The position numbers were made by a program, and so were the translations under genes. Under the pieces are notes generated by a model. That model was not told the DNA's origin. It did not search any database and was given only the letters and a program-made list of their open reading frames with translations. DNA of 64,000 bases from Octopus sinensis (lineage: Eukaryota), in the NCBI RefSeq assembly GCF_006345805.1, contig NC_043002.1, positions 104,222,001 to 104,286,000 on the forward strand. Reading direction: 5' to 3'. Positions 1 through 9,820 of this stretch are shown here, one piece after another. The first letter of the stretch is position 1. Every line of letters starts with the position of its first letter.

Positions 1-146
1 ACTGACAAGCAAATCTGTGGTATTGAGCAGAATATTTGCTGTAGCCCATCTTTTATACCAAGACAAATCAATGTACATGATAACACCTCCAATCAGTTAA
101 GATCAGAAGCCATGAGAGCCACTGCCTGGTACTGCATCAGGGCATT
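1..146 (-). mobile_element. 5' part of ~550-bp non-coding AAT-targeted element (runs off window edge)
   Basis: Reverse complement matches the starts of 1414-1966 and 2734-3267 (tgatgcagtaccagg..gtggctctc..atattctgctcaataccacag); abuts (ATT)n at 147-222. Confidence 0.85.
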
Positions 147-166
147 TATTATTATTATTATTATTA

Positions 167-222
<56 letters not shown>
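147..222. repeat. (ATT)n microsatellite
   Basis: Direct reading. Confidence 0.98.
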
Positions 223-223
<1 letters not shown>

Positions 224-883
224 GCTACAATTATTATTGTAAAACATAGTCTAATCTCCTGGAGTCTTTCTGTATATACACAGTAGCTGAATCTAACATC
301 TGAGCTTCTGTTATACTACGAAATGTATGAACGTGTTTGCGCAGTCTAGTTCCGAATGTTTCTCTTTTGGGATGAATACTTTTAAATATTTTCGGGGCAA
401 TCTTCTTATGAATACATTCGGCTGAGGACTGACAAATTATATTCTAACATTGTGTATGTAATTCTATATTACTAAATGTTTTCAGTTTTTACGACATTAG
501 CGCCTTCATTGAAGGATGTTGGTTTTCTCCTTTTCAATTTTGTAAAATATCTCTGAATGTCCCACGACACCCAGAAAATGAAATGGTTTTATAAAATCTT
601 GACAAAACACTGAAACCGAAGATTTTGATTAATGTTACAGTATTTTAGTAGGTTGGTGTACTTCAATAATATTTGGGAGAAGTTCAGCCAATGTTTACCA
701 AGTTTAATACAAAAATAATCGAAAATTTAACTAGAGATAATTATACAGTGAGGGCAAAAAAATCAATATTATTTGTCTGTTAGTGATTATTTTTAACTTG
801 TATTATTTCATCACGTAGACTTCTACAAGTACACGTTTGGACTGCAGAGAGGCTCCAGTAGATAAGACTATGTTTTTGTAATA

Positions 884-1368
884 ATAATAAGGCAAAAATC
901 CCCTGGGACTTTGACTTCCAGTCTGGCAAGGTGTTAGAGCACAAAAGGCCGGATATAGTAACCTTTAGGAGAGACAAACATGGGTGCTAAATAATTGACC
1001 TGGAAGTGCCAGGAGATCAACGAATCATCAAGAAAGAAAGAAAGGGAAAAGGTCGATGAATATGGAGACACGAGAATTGAGATAGCTAAGAGGTGGCAGC
1101 TACGAGAGTCATACGTAAAGGTCATCCCTAGTCTCATTGGAACATTGGGTTCAATACCATCCAAACAGAAATTTCATCTGAAAAACTTTGTAAATGCTCT
1201 TCAATCTAGATGTATTACAACAGTCGGTATTTAATTGTAACAGAACGCATATTGAGTAAAGTACAGTCTGACTGAGCTCCTTCTTGTGACTTGACAAACT
1301 GTACAAACACCCGGTAAACACAATATCTTCAATCAACAACCTCACGATAATCTATACTGTGCGACGTC
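884..1368 (+). mobile_element. Decayed 3' fragment of R4/Dong-like non-LTR retrotransposon (RLE endonuclease)
   Basis: Translates KAKIPWDFDFQSGKVLEHKRPDIV..IIDLEVPGD../EKVDEYGDTRIEIAKRWQL..KVIPSLIGTLG with a stop and a frameshift; flanked by TAA repeats. Confidence 0.85.
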
Positions 1369-1413
1369 TATAATAATAATAATAATAATAAAATAACAAT
1401 AATAATAATAATA

Positions 1414-1966
1414 AAACGACTTGATGCAGTACCAGGTAGTGGCTCTCGTGGCTTCTAGTCTTAACTGATTGCAAATGTTATCATGCTTTGTCTTGGTATA
1501 AAGGATGGGCTACAGCAAATACTATTCTGCTCAATACCACAGCTTTGCTTGTCAGGTGTTTGACCTTAACCAGTTGACCATGCCCCTTAGTTGCTGGCGA
1601 TATGTGCATCTCTGATCATGAGCCTCAGTAGTGCGAGAGCATCATAGCCGTGTGTTGAGAGGAATTCTTTGGGGTTTGAGTAATTTACCACGGGAAATAT
1701 TGCTGTTTTATTCACCAGCCTGAAAACAAAATTTATTTAGGGACTTCTTAAGCGGGATGGACTAATCGACCTGAAGAAAATTCTAACTGGGCTCCACCTG
1801 CAGTTTCATGCGCTGTTCAACTTGATATAAGATCACCATGTCGCGTACATATGGTTATGTCGGTGACTATTGTACACTTATCAGACGGGTGGTCATGGCG
1901 AATATATTGGACTTCATATATTGGTACCCCAGTGTCACATTCATTGCATGCACTGCGCTCTCACGC
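1414..1966 (+). mobile_element. ~550-bp non-coding AAT-targeted element, apparently full length
   Basis: Colinear with 2734-3267 and 1-146; (AAT)n on both sides; shared 3' end ..gcatgcactgc.ctctcac.c|aataat. Confidence 0.85.
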
Positions 1967-2000
1967 AATAATAATAATGACAATAATAACAAAAATAATC

Positions 2001-2050
<50 letters not shown>

Positions 2051-2052
<2 letters not shown>

Positions 2053-2714
2053 CAGAGTTGGCCAATATCTCCACTGGCTAATAAGTCGGCATTACAATAT
2101 CAAAACTGCCGACAAGTGGTATAATCACCACCCTGAGGCTGTAACTGAAGGAGAAAATGTAACCATTCTGTGGGACTTTCCAGTACATACAGACCGAACC
2201 ATCAAGGCCAATAAACCAGATATTGTTGTGAAAGACCAAAACAATAAAGTTTGCTTATTGATCGACAGGAGCATCCCCTGTGATCATAATATCTCAGCGA
2301 AAGAGTTTGACAAGCTCAGAAAATATAAAGACCTACTCATTGAAATTGAGAAAATGTGGCATCTCAAGGCGGTTACAATACCAGTGATCGTAGGAGCACT
2401 AGGAATGATCAAGAAGGGAACCGAAAATTATATGAGAATGATCCCTGGCTTACCATCCCTGCAAGAAGTGCAAAAGATTGTCTTAACTGGTACATCACAC
2501 GTATTGAGAAGAGCATTGTCGATGTGAGAACTGTTGCTCCTCATGTATTTTAATTTAACTTTAAAAAATAAAAAAAACAAATAAAAAAATTAACGAACTA
2601 CTGAGTTTGGTTTAATGGCCTACCAATATACACTATGAGTTTCTTTGCCCTAGGAGTCGGGAAGACACTCGGCAAGAAATGGAAGAAAATTTGAAAGAAG
2701 GAAAAAAAAAAAAA
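2051..2714 (+). mobile_element. R4/Dong-like retrotransposon 3' end, family A (open RLE frame + 3' UTR + A/TAA tail)
   Basis: DRVGQYLHW..KWYNHHPE..ILWDFPVHTDRTIKANKPDIVV..LLID..KYKDLLIEIEKMW..PVIVGALG..VQKIVLTGTSHVLRRALSM* (stop 2527); 3' UTR ends in poly(A) then (TAA)n. Confidence 0.92.
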
Positions 2715-2733
2715 ATAATAATAATAATAATAA

Positions 2734-3267
2734 GTGGCTCTCATAGCTTCTGATCATAACTGATTGGAAGTGTTATCATGTACATTGTTTTGTCTTGGTA
2801 TAAAAGATGGTCTACAGCAAATATTCTGCTCAATACCACAGATTTGCTTGTCAGTTGTTTGACCTTAACCAGTTGAGCATGTCCCTTAGTGGCTGACGAT
2901 ATGTGCATCTCTGATCACGAGCAGAAGTAGTGGGGGAGCATCATAGCCATGTGTTGAGAGGGATTCTTTGGGGTTTGAATAATTCACCTCTGGAAACATG
3001 GGTGGTTCTTTCAACATCCTTAAACAACCCTTATTCAGGGACCTTTTGAGCGGGATGGGCTACTCAACCTGAAGAAAATTCTAACTGGGCCCCACCTGCA
3101 AGGTCATGTGCTGTTTATCTTGATATGAGATCACCATGTCGCGCACATATGGTTGTGATGCATGTGCCTGGTGTACCTTTATCAGATGGGTAGTCATGAT
3201 GGGTATATTGGGCTTTCTTTTCTTTTACCCCAGTGTCACTTTGATGGCATGCACTGCTCTCTCACTC
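2734..3267 (+). mobile_element. ~535-bp non-coding AAT-targeted element, slightly 5'-truncated copy
   Basis: Same sequence family as 1414-1966, lacking the first ~25 nt; (AAT)n on both sides. Confidence 0.87.
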
Positions 3268-3346
<79 letters not shown>

Positions 3347-3348
3347 TT

Positions 3349-4040
3349 AATGTAAAGAAAAGAAATATCGCAAGTAACTGCAGAATATGTGGAGATGGAC
3401 AAGAAACAATAAATAATATTATCTCTGGCTGCTCTGTCCTGGCTAAGGAATATATTCACTGACACGACAGATTTGGGACCTATACACACTGGAGGCTATG
3501 CCAACATTATGAAATAACAACAGAAAAAAGATGGTATAGGCACACACCAGAAAAGGTCACAGAAAACGAGAAAGCAACCATACACTGGGATATGCTAATA
3601 CACACAGATAGAGAAATTAAGGCCAACAGACCAGATATAGTTGTCAGAGATCATGAACAAAAAAATGTATTCTAATTGATGTATCAATACCAGCAGATGA
3701 CAACATGTCTCTGAAAAAATGGAGAAACTTTCAAAATACAAAGACCTCGAAATAGAGGTAACCAGAATGTGGAATCTAAAAACAGAAACAATTCCTATCA
3801 TAATAGGTGCATTAGGCATGATAACAAAATATTCAGACAAATACATAACAAAAACACCAGGACTTACAAACACATATAGCATACAGAAAATTGCACTACT
3901 AGGCACTGCACACGTCCTACGTAGACCACTTTCCATACAGTAACCATCAGAGCATCACAACAAATCACAGCACATACCCATGGCACACAGAGCTGCGCTC
4001 GGTAGTGAAGTAAAAGCACGCTATAAAACATATACTACTG
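3349..4040 (+). mobile_element. R4/Dong-like retrotransposon 3' end, family B (CCHC knuckle + RLE + 3' UTR)
   Basis: CRICGDGQETINNIISGC..*HD..WYRHTPEKV..WDMLIHTDREIKANRPDIVV..EKLSKYKDLEIEVTRMW..PIIIGALG..IQKIALLGTAHVLRR; ends ..actactg|aataataat. Confidence 0.93.
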
Positions 4041-4077
4041 AATAATAATAATGATAATGATGCTGAGGAGGAAGATA

Positions 4078-4088
4078 ATTATTATTAT

Positions 4089-4125
<37 letters not shown>

Positions 4126-4258
4126 TGTAGTAGTAGTAGTAGTAGTAGTAGTAGTAATAGTAGTAGTAGTAGAAGAAGTAGAAGTATTAGTAGTAGTAGT
4201 AGTAGTAGTATTAGTATTATTATTATTATTAGTAGTAGTAGTAGTAGTAGTAGTAGTT
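4078..4258. repeat. Compound (AGT)n/(ATT)n microsatellite
   Basis: Direct reading; source of the poly-Ser pseudo-ORF 4051-4272. Confidence 0.97.
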
Positions 4259-4923
4259 ATGAAGATGATTGATGAATATCAACCATTATTCATGTGATAT
4301 TAACTACACTTGCCACAGCAAACAAAATGCTAACTAAAAGTCTGCAGGGTATTCTTGCCCGAGAAACGCAATGTCGACCTGCAGGAGTGGGCCTCCGTGA
4401 ATTCAGCAAGAATCTTAAGATCCTGCAAATTTGAAGTGGCTTTCGTTCACTAAACGTCAAGAAAACACGGCTACCAATTAAATTAGATTATAATGTCATC
4501 ATAATGATGATAATGATTTCTTTATTAATGACTGGCGTTTATTTGCAGTTGAAGGAGCGTGCACAAATATTTGGATGCAGTATGATATGATATCGGTTGC
4601 ATGGAGGCGTGGAAATAGGTAAAAAAAATTATCCAGAGAAAAAATTTGAAACAAAAAATTCTACTGTAGGTGGGAGTCTTCAAGGGCTGAAATCGCACAA
4701 AACCACGAACCTCCTACCCACCAGGGTAAGAACCTCTACACACAAACCCTTCCTTAGCCTCTAGGTGCATGCTTACAAGATTGTTCATTGTGACGATCCT
4801 CCCGGTTAAGCATTTTATCCAACGTACAAACGTGCCTGACGTTTCCCCAGCTTCATACTACTACAAATAATAATAACAACAACAACAATAACAACAACAA
4901 CAACAGCAACAGCAATAATAATA

Positions 4924-4958
<35 letters not shown>

Positions 4959-4959
4959 A

Positions 4960-5279
4960 TTTGACAGCAAAAAAATTGGTACGACCATAAACCCGAGGGC
5001 ATCATCGAAAATAATAATGCAAACATCTTGTGGGATTTTATGATTCAATGCGACCATGAGATAGAGAATAGGAAGCCAGCCATAGTCTTAATTGAGAAAG
5101 GAAACAAACTATGCTGGATCATAGATCTAGCTGACAACAATGTATGCGATAAGGAAGACAGAAAAGTGGAGAGATATGACAGGTTAGCTTGGGAAGTTAA
5201 GCAGTTGTGGTCGATGAAAAAGGTGATAGTAGCACCAATAATTGTCGGAAACCTGGGAGCAGTGAGCAAGAATTTCGAG
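4960..5279 (+). mobile_element. R4/Dong-like RLE fragment, family C
   Basis: KNWYDHKPEGIIENNNANILWDFMIQCDHEIENRKPAIVL..CWIID..KVERYDRLAWEVKQLW..PIIVGNLG; between (GAT/AAT)n and (AAC/AAT)n tracts. Confidence 0.88.
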
Positions 5280-5311
5280 AATAACAATAATAACAATAAT
5301 AACGACAACAA

Positions 5312-6265
5312 CAGTATTGCACAGGAACAATCAGTTGAAGAAATTACACCAAATGCAAGATTGACAATATACAGTATGTGACTAGTGCAGGTATTGAGAT
5401 TTTAGGTGATTCTGTACGGCATATTGTGAATGGATGCAGGAAACTGACCGAGAAAAAAACTAACGAAGACCGATAAAGTTCCGGGAATGACTGATTTGGA
5501 GCTGTGTGGTTAGTTTCACCAAAAACGAGATATGGATAAATCCGAGAAGAGCAGTTTATGGAGCCACGTTAAAAGCATTGGGCGATGAATGATCGATTAT
5601 GACCAGGAATCTAACACTCGACACCAGCGTGCATTGGTTTTGAATCAAAACGTGAAAAACAAACTTGTCTAATCATCGGTATTGCATACATTTAAGGCGG
5701 CAAGCTGGCAGAAACGTTAGCACGACGGGCGAAATGCTTAGCGGTGTTTCGTCTGCCGTTACGTTGTGAGTTCAAATTCCGCCGAGGTCGACTTTGCCTT
5801 TCATCCTTCCGGGGTCGATAAATTAAGTACCAGTTCCGCACTGGGGTCGATGTAATCGACTTAATACCTATGTCTGTCCTTGTTTGTCCCCTCTATGTTT
5901 AGCCCCTTGTGGGTAATAAAGAAATAGGTATTGCATACAGTGGAGATGACAGAGTACTGCAAAAAGGAGAGAAGTAGGTCAGATATGCTGTTTTGAAATC
6001 GGAAATAAGACATTGAAGAAGGTGAATGCTGTAGTTGTTGGAGCCTTGAGTTTTTTATGTACTAAAGTTACAAACTACATTGGAATAGATAAGCTTCAAC
6101 GTAAAGCTACGCTATCTACAAAAATCATTGTTGCTTAGAAATGGATAAAGTTTTCGGAGAGTTCTCGAAACCTGAAGGAGAAGTGATATCCTAGTCTACT
6201 GGTTACAGACAGCGGACATTTTGTTACAATTCCCAGTGTAGCGAAGTAACTGAGTGAAACAAGTA
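5312..6265 (+). mobile_element. Old R4/Dong-like fragment, family D, interrupted by a SINE
   Basis: Decayed IAQEQSV..DSVRHIVNGCRKL..IIGIAY/SGDDRV..VVVGALS; reading frame continues across the SINE at 5691-5926. Confidence 0.7.
5691..5926 (+). mobile_element. SINE family S1 (aaggcggc.agctggcagaa head), full length with 13-bp TSD
   Basis: B-box-like gagttcaaattcc; TSD GGTATTGCATACA at 5678-5690 and 5927-5939; about a dozen related copies in the window. Confidence 0.93.
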
Positions 6266-7231
6266 TAATAATAGTAATATGTCACACTTGTGATATATTC
6301 CTAATTGTTTGCAAATTTTTGACACAAAGTGTGAGATTTTAAACATATTTTTCGTGTTTTCATGCAACGAAAACAACTGATTTAATCTGAGGAGTTTTTC
6401 GCTGTTGTTTATTGTATGATTTAAGCTGTTTCACGATTATCAAAATTACAAAGATATTTGTACATTTTATAAACATAGGGTTAACTGTGTCTTTCGACCA
6501 ATAGTGAGTTGATTAATTCGAAATTCTATTAACATTCAAAAAAAGTCTCGTCCGAAGCAGATCGATTATGAAACTTGAAACGATAAAATAATCGAAAGCA
6601 TCCTGTGATAGGTAGCAATGGAAAGCAAACAAAACAATAATTTGTAACTGAAGTTGGAGGCAAGAATACAAGTCCCGTATTTAGTCGTGTTTAAGTTTCA
6701 CTATTTTAGATTTGATTTTAACTGAGAAAAACTAAGACGGTGCAGAGTCACACTGAGGTAAAGCATATCTATGAAAGGGTGCTTTGTACCAAGGTTTACC
6801 ACCAAAACAGCAGTGCGCGTTATACACGAGTGGGACGAACACACGAGCGCAACTGTTTGAGCTGCGGCGCTACCGGTGTGATCAAACAAGAATATATGGG
6901 GATCATAACTCCTATCTAGAAAAACTATTTTCGCCCTTTTGTTGAGGTTAATTTCTAGCATGAATGATAGTTGAAAAAATTTCGAGAAGGAGAGATTGGA
7001 TTTCATGAATGCCCTCACTTCATTATTACATTCATGACATCATATCTGGAATGAAAACGATTTTCTCTTTGCGAGATTTGAACCCATTATTTCAGAGATC
7101 TAATTAAGACAATGTAACTCATGGCCTTTGAATCACTTTCTTTCACTTCATCTAATTTAAGAGATAGACGTGCGCACGCGCATGCACAAATATGAAGTCT
7201 ATATGTGCATGCGTGTTTGTATGGACACACA

Positions 7232-7283
<52 letters not shown>

Positions 7284-8297
7284 AATGCACACACAACCAC
7301 ACACGCAAATAAGTATTCATATTTGTGTATATATATAAAGACAGGGAGAGAGTGAAGAGAGGAAAGATAAAAAGAGAGATGAATCCCAACATAAACATGC
7401 AAGTACATGTGAGCGTATGTATGTGTGTCTGAAAGTGCATGATTATATGTGTGTATGTGCGTTTTGGGTGTGTGTGTGTTTGTGATCTTCTTATTTCTTG
7501 CGGAATGTTTTATCTCTGCTGTCATTATTTTCGCTAGTTTTGCTTCGCCTAATTTTCAATTAATCACAATCTACAATTTTCCGTTATGCGATGTTGCCAA
7601 ATCTTTTAATCATTCCTTGTAATCTGCCAAACGTCGTTACTTCTAGCAAAACGACATCGATGCAGAAGGCCTCACTTCTTTTTCTTTGTCTTCATGTCTT
7701 TAGATTTCCTACAGCTCTTTCCTTTGTTATTAACACTTTACCCGTTTCTCATGCATTCGACAACTAAAATTGAACGAATTTCTACCGTTCTAATTTCCTG
7801 TCCAAACATTATTTTGCAGTTGTCTTATAATTTTGTTTCATTCTCTATCTTTTCTACACAGACATTTATTCTCTTAAATTTTCTATATTACGAAAACTGA
7901 TATTGTAATTTCAACACGGAACCTTCCCCAGTGGCCATTCTGTTGTTTCCCAGGCACTATTCATAAATAAGCAGAACCTTTCTTTCTAGTAGCAGAACGA
8001 ATTTAAATAGTTTTACAATCGTTCTAGTTTGAAGTGGTAGGAACAGATTTAGAAGTTGAAAAGATATTATGAACAAATATCTGAACTGATAAAAGTTGGC
8101 AGGCATATTAAAATCTAAAGAACATGTGTGCAATGTTTCCTATGAAATATCAACGACAAATGGGATAACAAAGTTTGAGATCCATAGAAAAAGATCCATA
8201 GAAATGTTTCGGCATAAGAAGCAACAACAACGCTTCAAATCACAGACTGATTGCAAAACCACGTGGTTGATATGCTTAAGCCCTAAGCACATCACGC

Positions 8298-8345
<48 letters not shown>

Positions 8346-8429
8346 CAATTTAATAAATAAAACATATGCATACATACATACATATATGTACATACCTACA
8401 TCTATATGTATATATATATACATGCATAT

Positions 8430-8578
8430 ATGGGTACACCACAAAAACGAGAAACGAAAACATAAAGACAAAACAAGGAAACGGCCTTTTTTCTACAACG
8501 AAAGAAGAGTACAAGACAAACAACAGAGGGAACATTACCCTTCTTCAGCTGCTTCTGTTTCAATTCATTGCGTGTTTC

Positions 8579-8580
<2 letters not shown>
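8430..8580 (-). repeat. Interspersed repeat ending in TA-rich microsatellite (related to 53440-53630)
   Basis: Reverse strand aaacagaagcagctgaagaaggg..tttcgtt..tctcgttt..tgtacccatatatgcatgtata matches the 53481-53640 region. Confidence 0.65.
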
Positions 8581-8619
<39 letters not shown>

Positions 8620-8622
8620 TAT

Positions 8623-8741
8623 AACAATGATAAATCTCAGAGCGAGTTATAAACAGTGGCGATAACACATCGTGTTGCATATTTGCCATTTGAATTATAC
8701 TGTTATACTGTTTATAACTCGCTCTGAGATTTATCATTGTT
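8623..8741. repeat. Perfect 35-bp inverted repeat with 49-nt spacer (palindromic MITE-like)
   Basis: aacaatgataaatctcagagcgagttataaacagt (8623-8657) is the exact reverse complement of 8707-8741. Confidence 0.95.
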
Positions 8742-8792
8742 TGATTTCACTTTTTCAATATCAGTGTCAAATCGACACTGGAAAAAGTATAT

Positions 8793-9046
8793 GTATTTGT
8801 GAAGGGATCTGACTTCTCATCGACGACCATGATTGTCACATGCTGATGAAAGGTAAACACCTTGAAACTCGGGTACGTGTGTATCATGTGTTGAAGACGG
8901 GGAGGATGACTCCCCTTCACAAATACTGACAGGACACAGATAGTGTGTCTATGGCCAGCTGGAGGAGATATCTTCCTGGGGCTACAAACTACAGTAGCAT
9001 CCACCCTTATGGGTTAGCCATATTCAAATGGCATATATGCATCACT
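8793..9046 (+). mobile_element. Partial foldback element carrying a hammerhead (family of 49430-49823)
   Basis: 8935-9046 (agatagtgtgtctatggccagctggaggagatatcttcctggggcta..) is homologous to the arm of 49430-49823; inner inverted repeat gtatttgtgaaggg (8793-8806)/cccttcacaaatac (8913-8926) encloses the ribozyme. Confidence 0.75.
8828..8888 (+). ncRNA. Type I hammerhead ribozyme, intact catalytic core
   Basis: CATGAT-tgt-CACATG / CTGATGA / AAGGT-aaac-ACCTT / GAAAC-tcgg-GTA / CGTGTG-t-ATCATG: bulged stem I (6+6 bp), 5-bp stem II, 2-bp stem III, GUA cleavage triplet ending at 8875. Confidence 0.88.
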
Positions 9047-9050
9047 ATAT

Positions 9051-9094
<44 letters not shown>

Positions 9095-9478
9095 ATATAT
9101 ATATAATTGAATTCACACACAGAGTGATATTAGTTCGTGGGTCCGTTGAGTTTTAGGCGTAAGAGAATAAATGCACAATTTTCTGGTGTGAAGTAAATCT
9201 GGAAGTAAGTCCTAGCTAGGCGAGACATTTCACGACAGGGAACGATGTCTCGTCGTTCTTGGGACTTACCATGACCTTCTGTAAGCTATATCATCGACTA
9301 TGACTATATGCTAAAGCGTTTAAAGAGAATGTGATGAGATGTCCCCACATACATTAGAATAGGAAATAGTAGCACCAGTAATTCATATAAAGAAGAGACA
9401 CATGGTGAATATGTATTCTTTTTCACATAAAATGCAGCGACACACACAATTTGTGTATGCGCGTTCAATTTTATTTAC

Positions 9479-9820
9479 AATGCTTGGTATCTCGTTGAGA
9501 GAGCAGATCAGTAGCGAGATCATCAGAAAGAAGTCCGGCGTGAGGGATGTGATCGCAGAGTATACACGCAGCAAGTTTAGATGGGCTGGACACATCGCCC
9601 GGCTCACCGATAATCGGTGGACCCGCGCAGTTGTCGAGTGGTAACCGCGCGACTGGAAACGACCACTCGGAAGGCCTCCACGACGGTGGAGTTACGATTT
9701 CAGGAGGACGATTGGGATCACGTGGATGAGAAAGGCGCGATCCAGAGAGGAGTGGACAGCGTGCTGTGACCAGCGGTGTCAAATGGACACCTGACGGACT
9801 GGTCGGCCAAGGTGAAGGTG
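9479..9820 (+). mobile_element. RTE-clade LINE 3' end
   Basis: MLGISLREQISSEIIRKKSGVRDVI..KFRWAGHIARLTDNRWTRAVVEW*PRDWKRPLGRPPRRW; short (aaggtg)2 tail. Confidence 0.9.

Noticed and set aside
4330-4490. DLQEWASVNSARILR, resembling a Dong C-terminus
   Set aside because: Too short and decayed to annotate, though consistent with the cluster.
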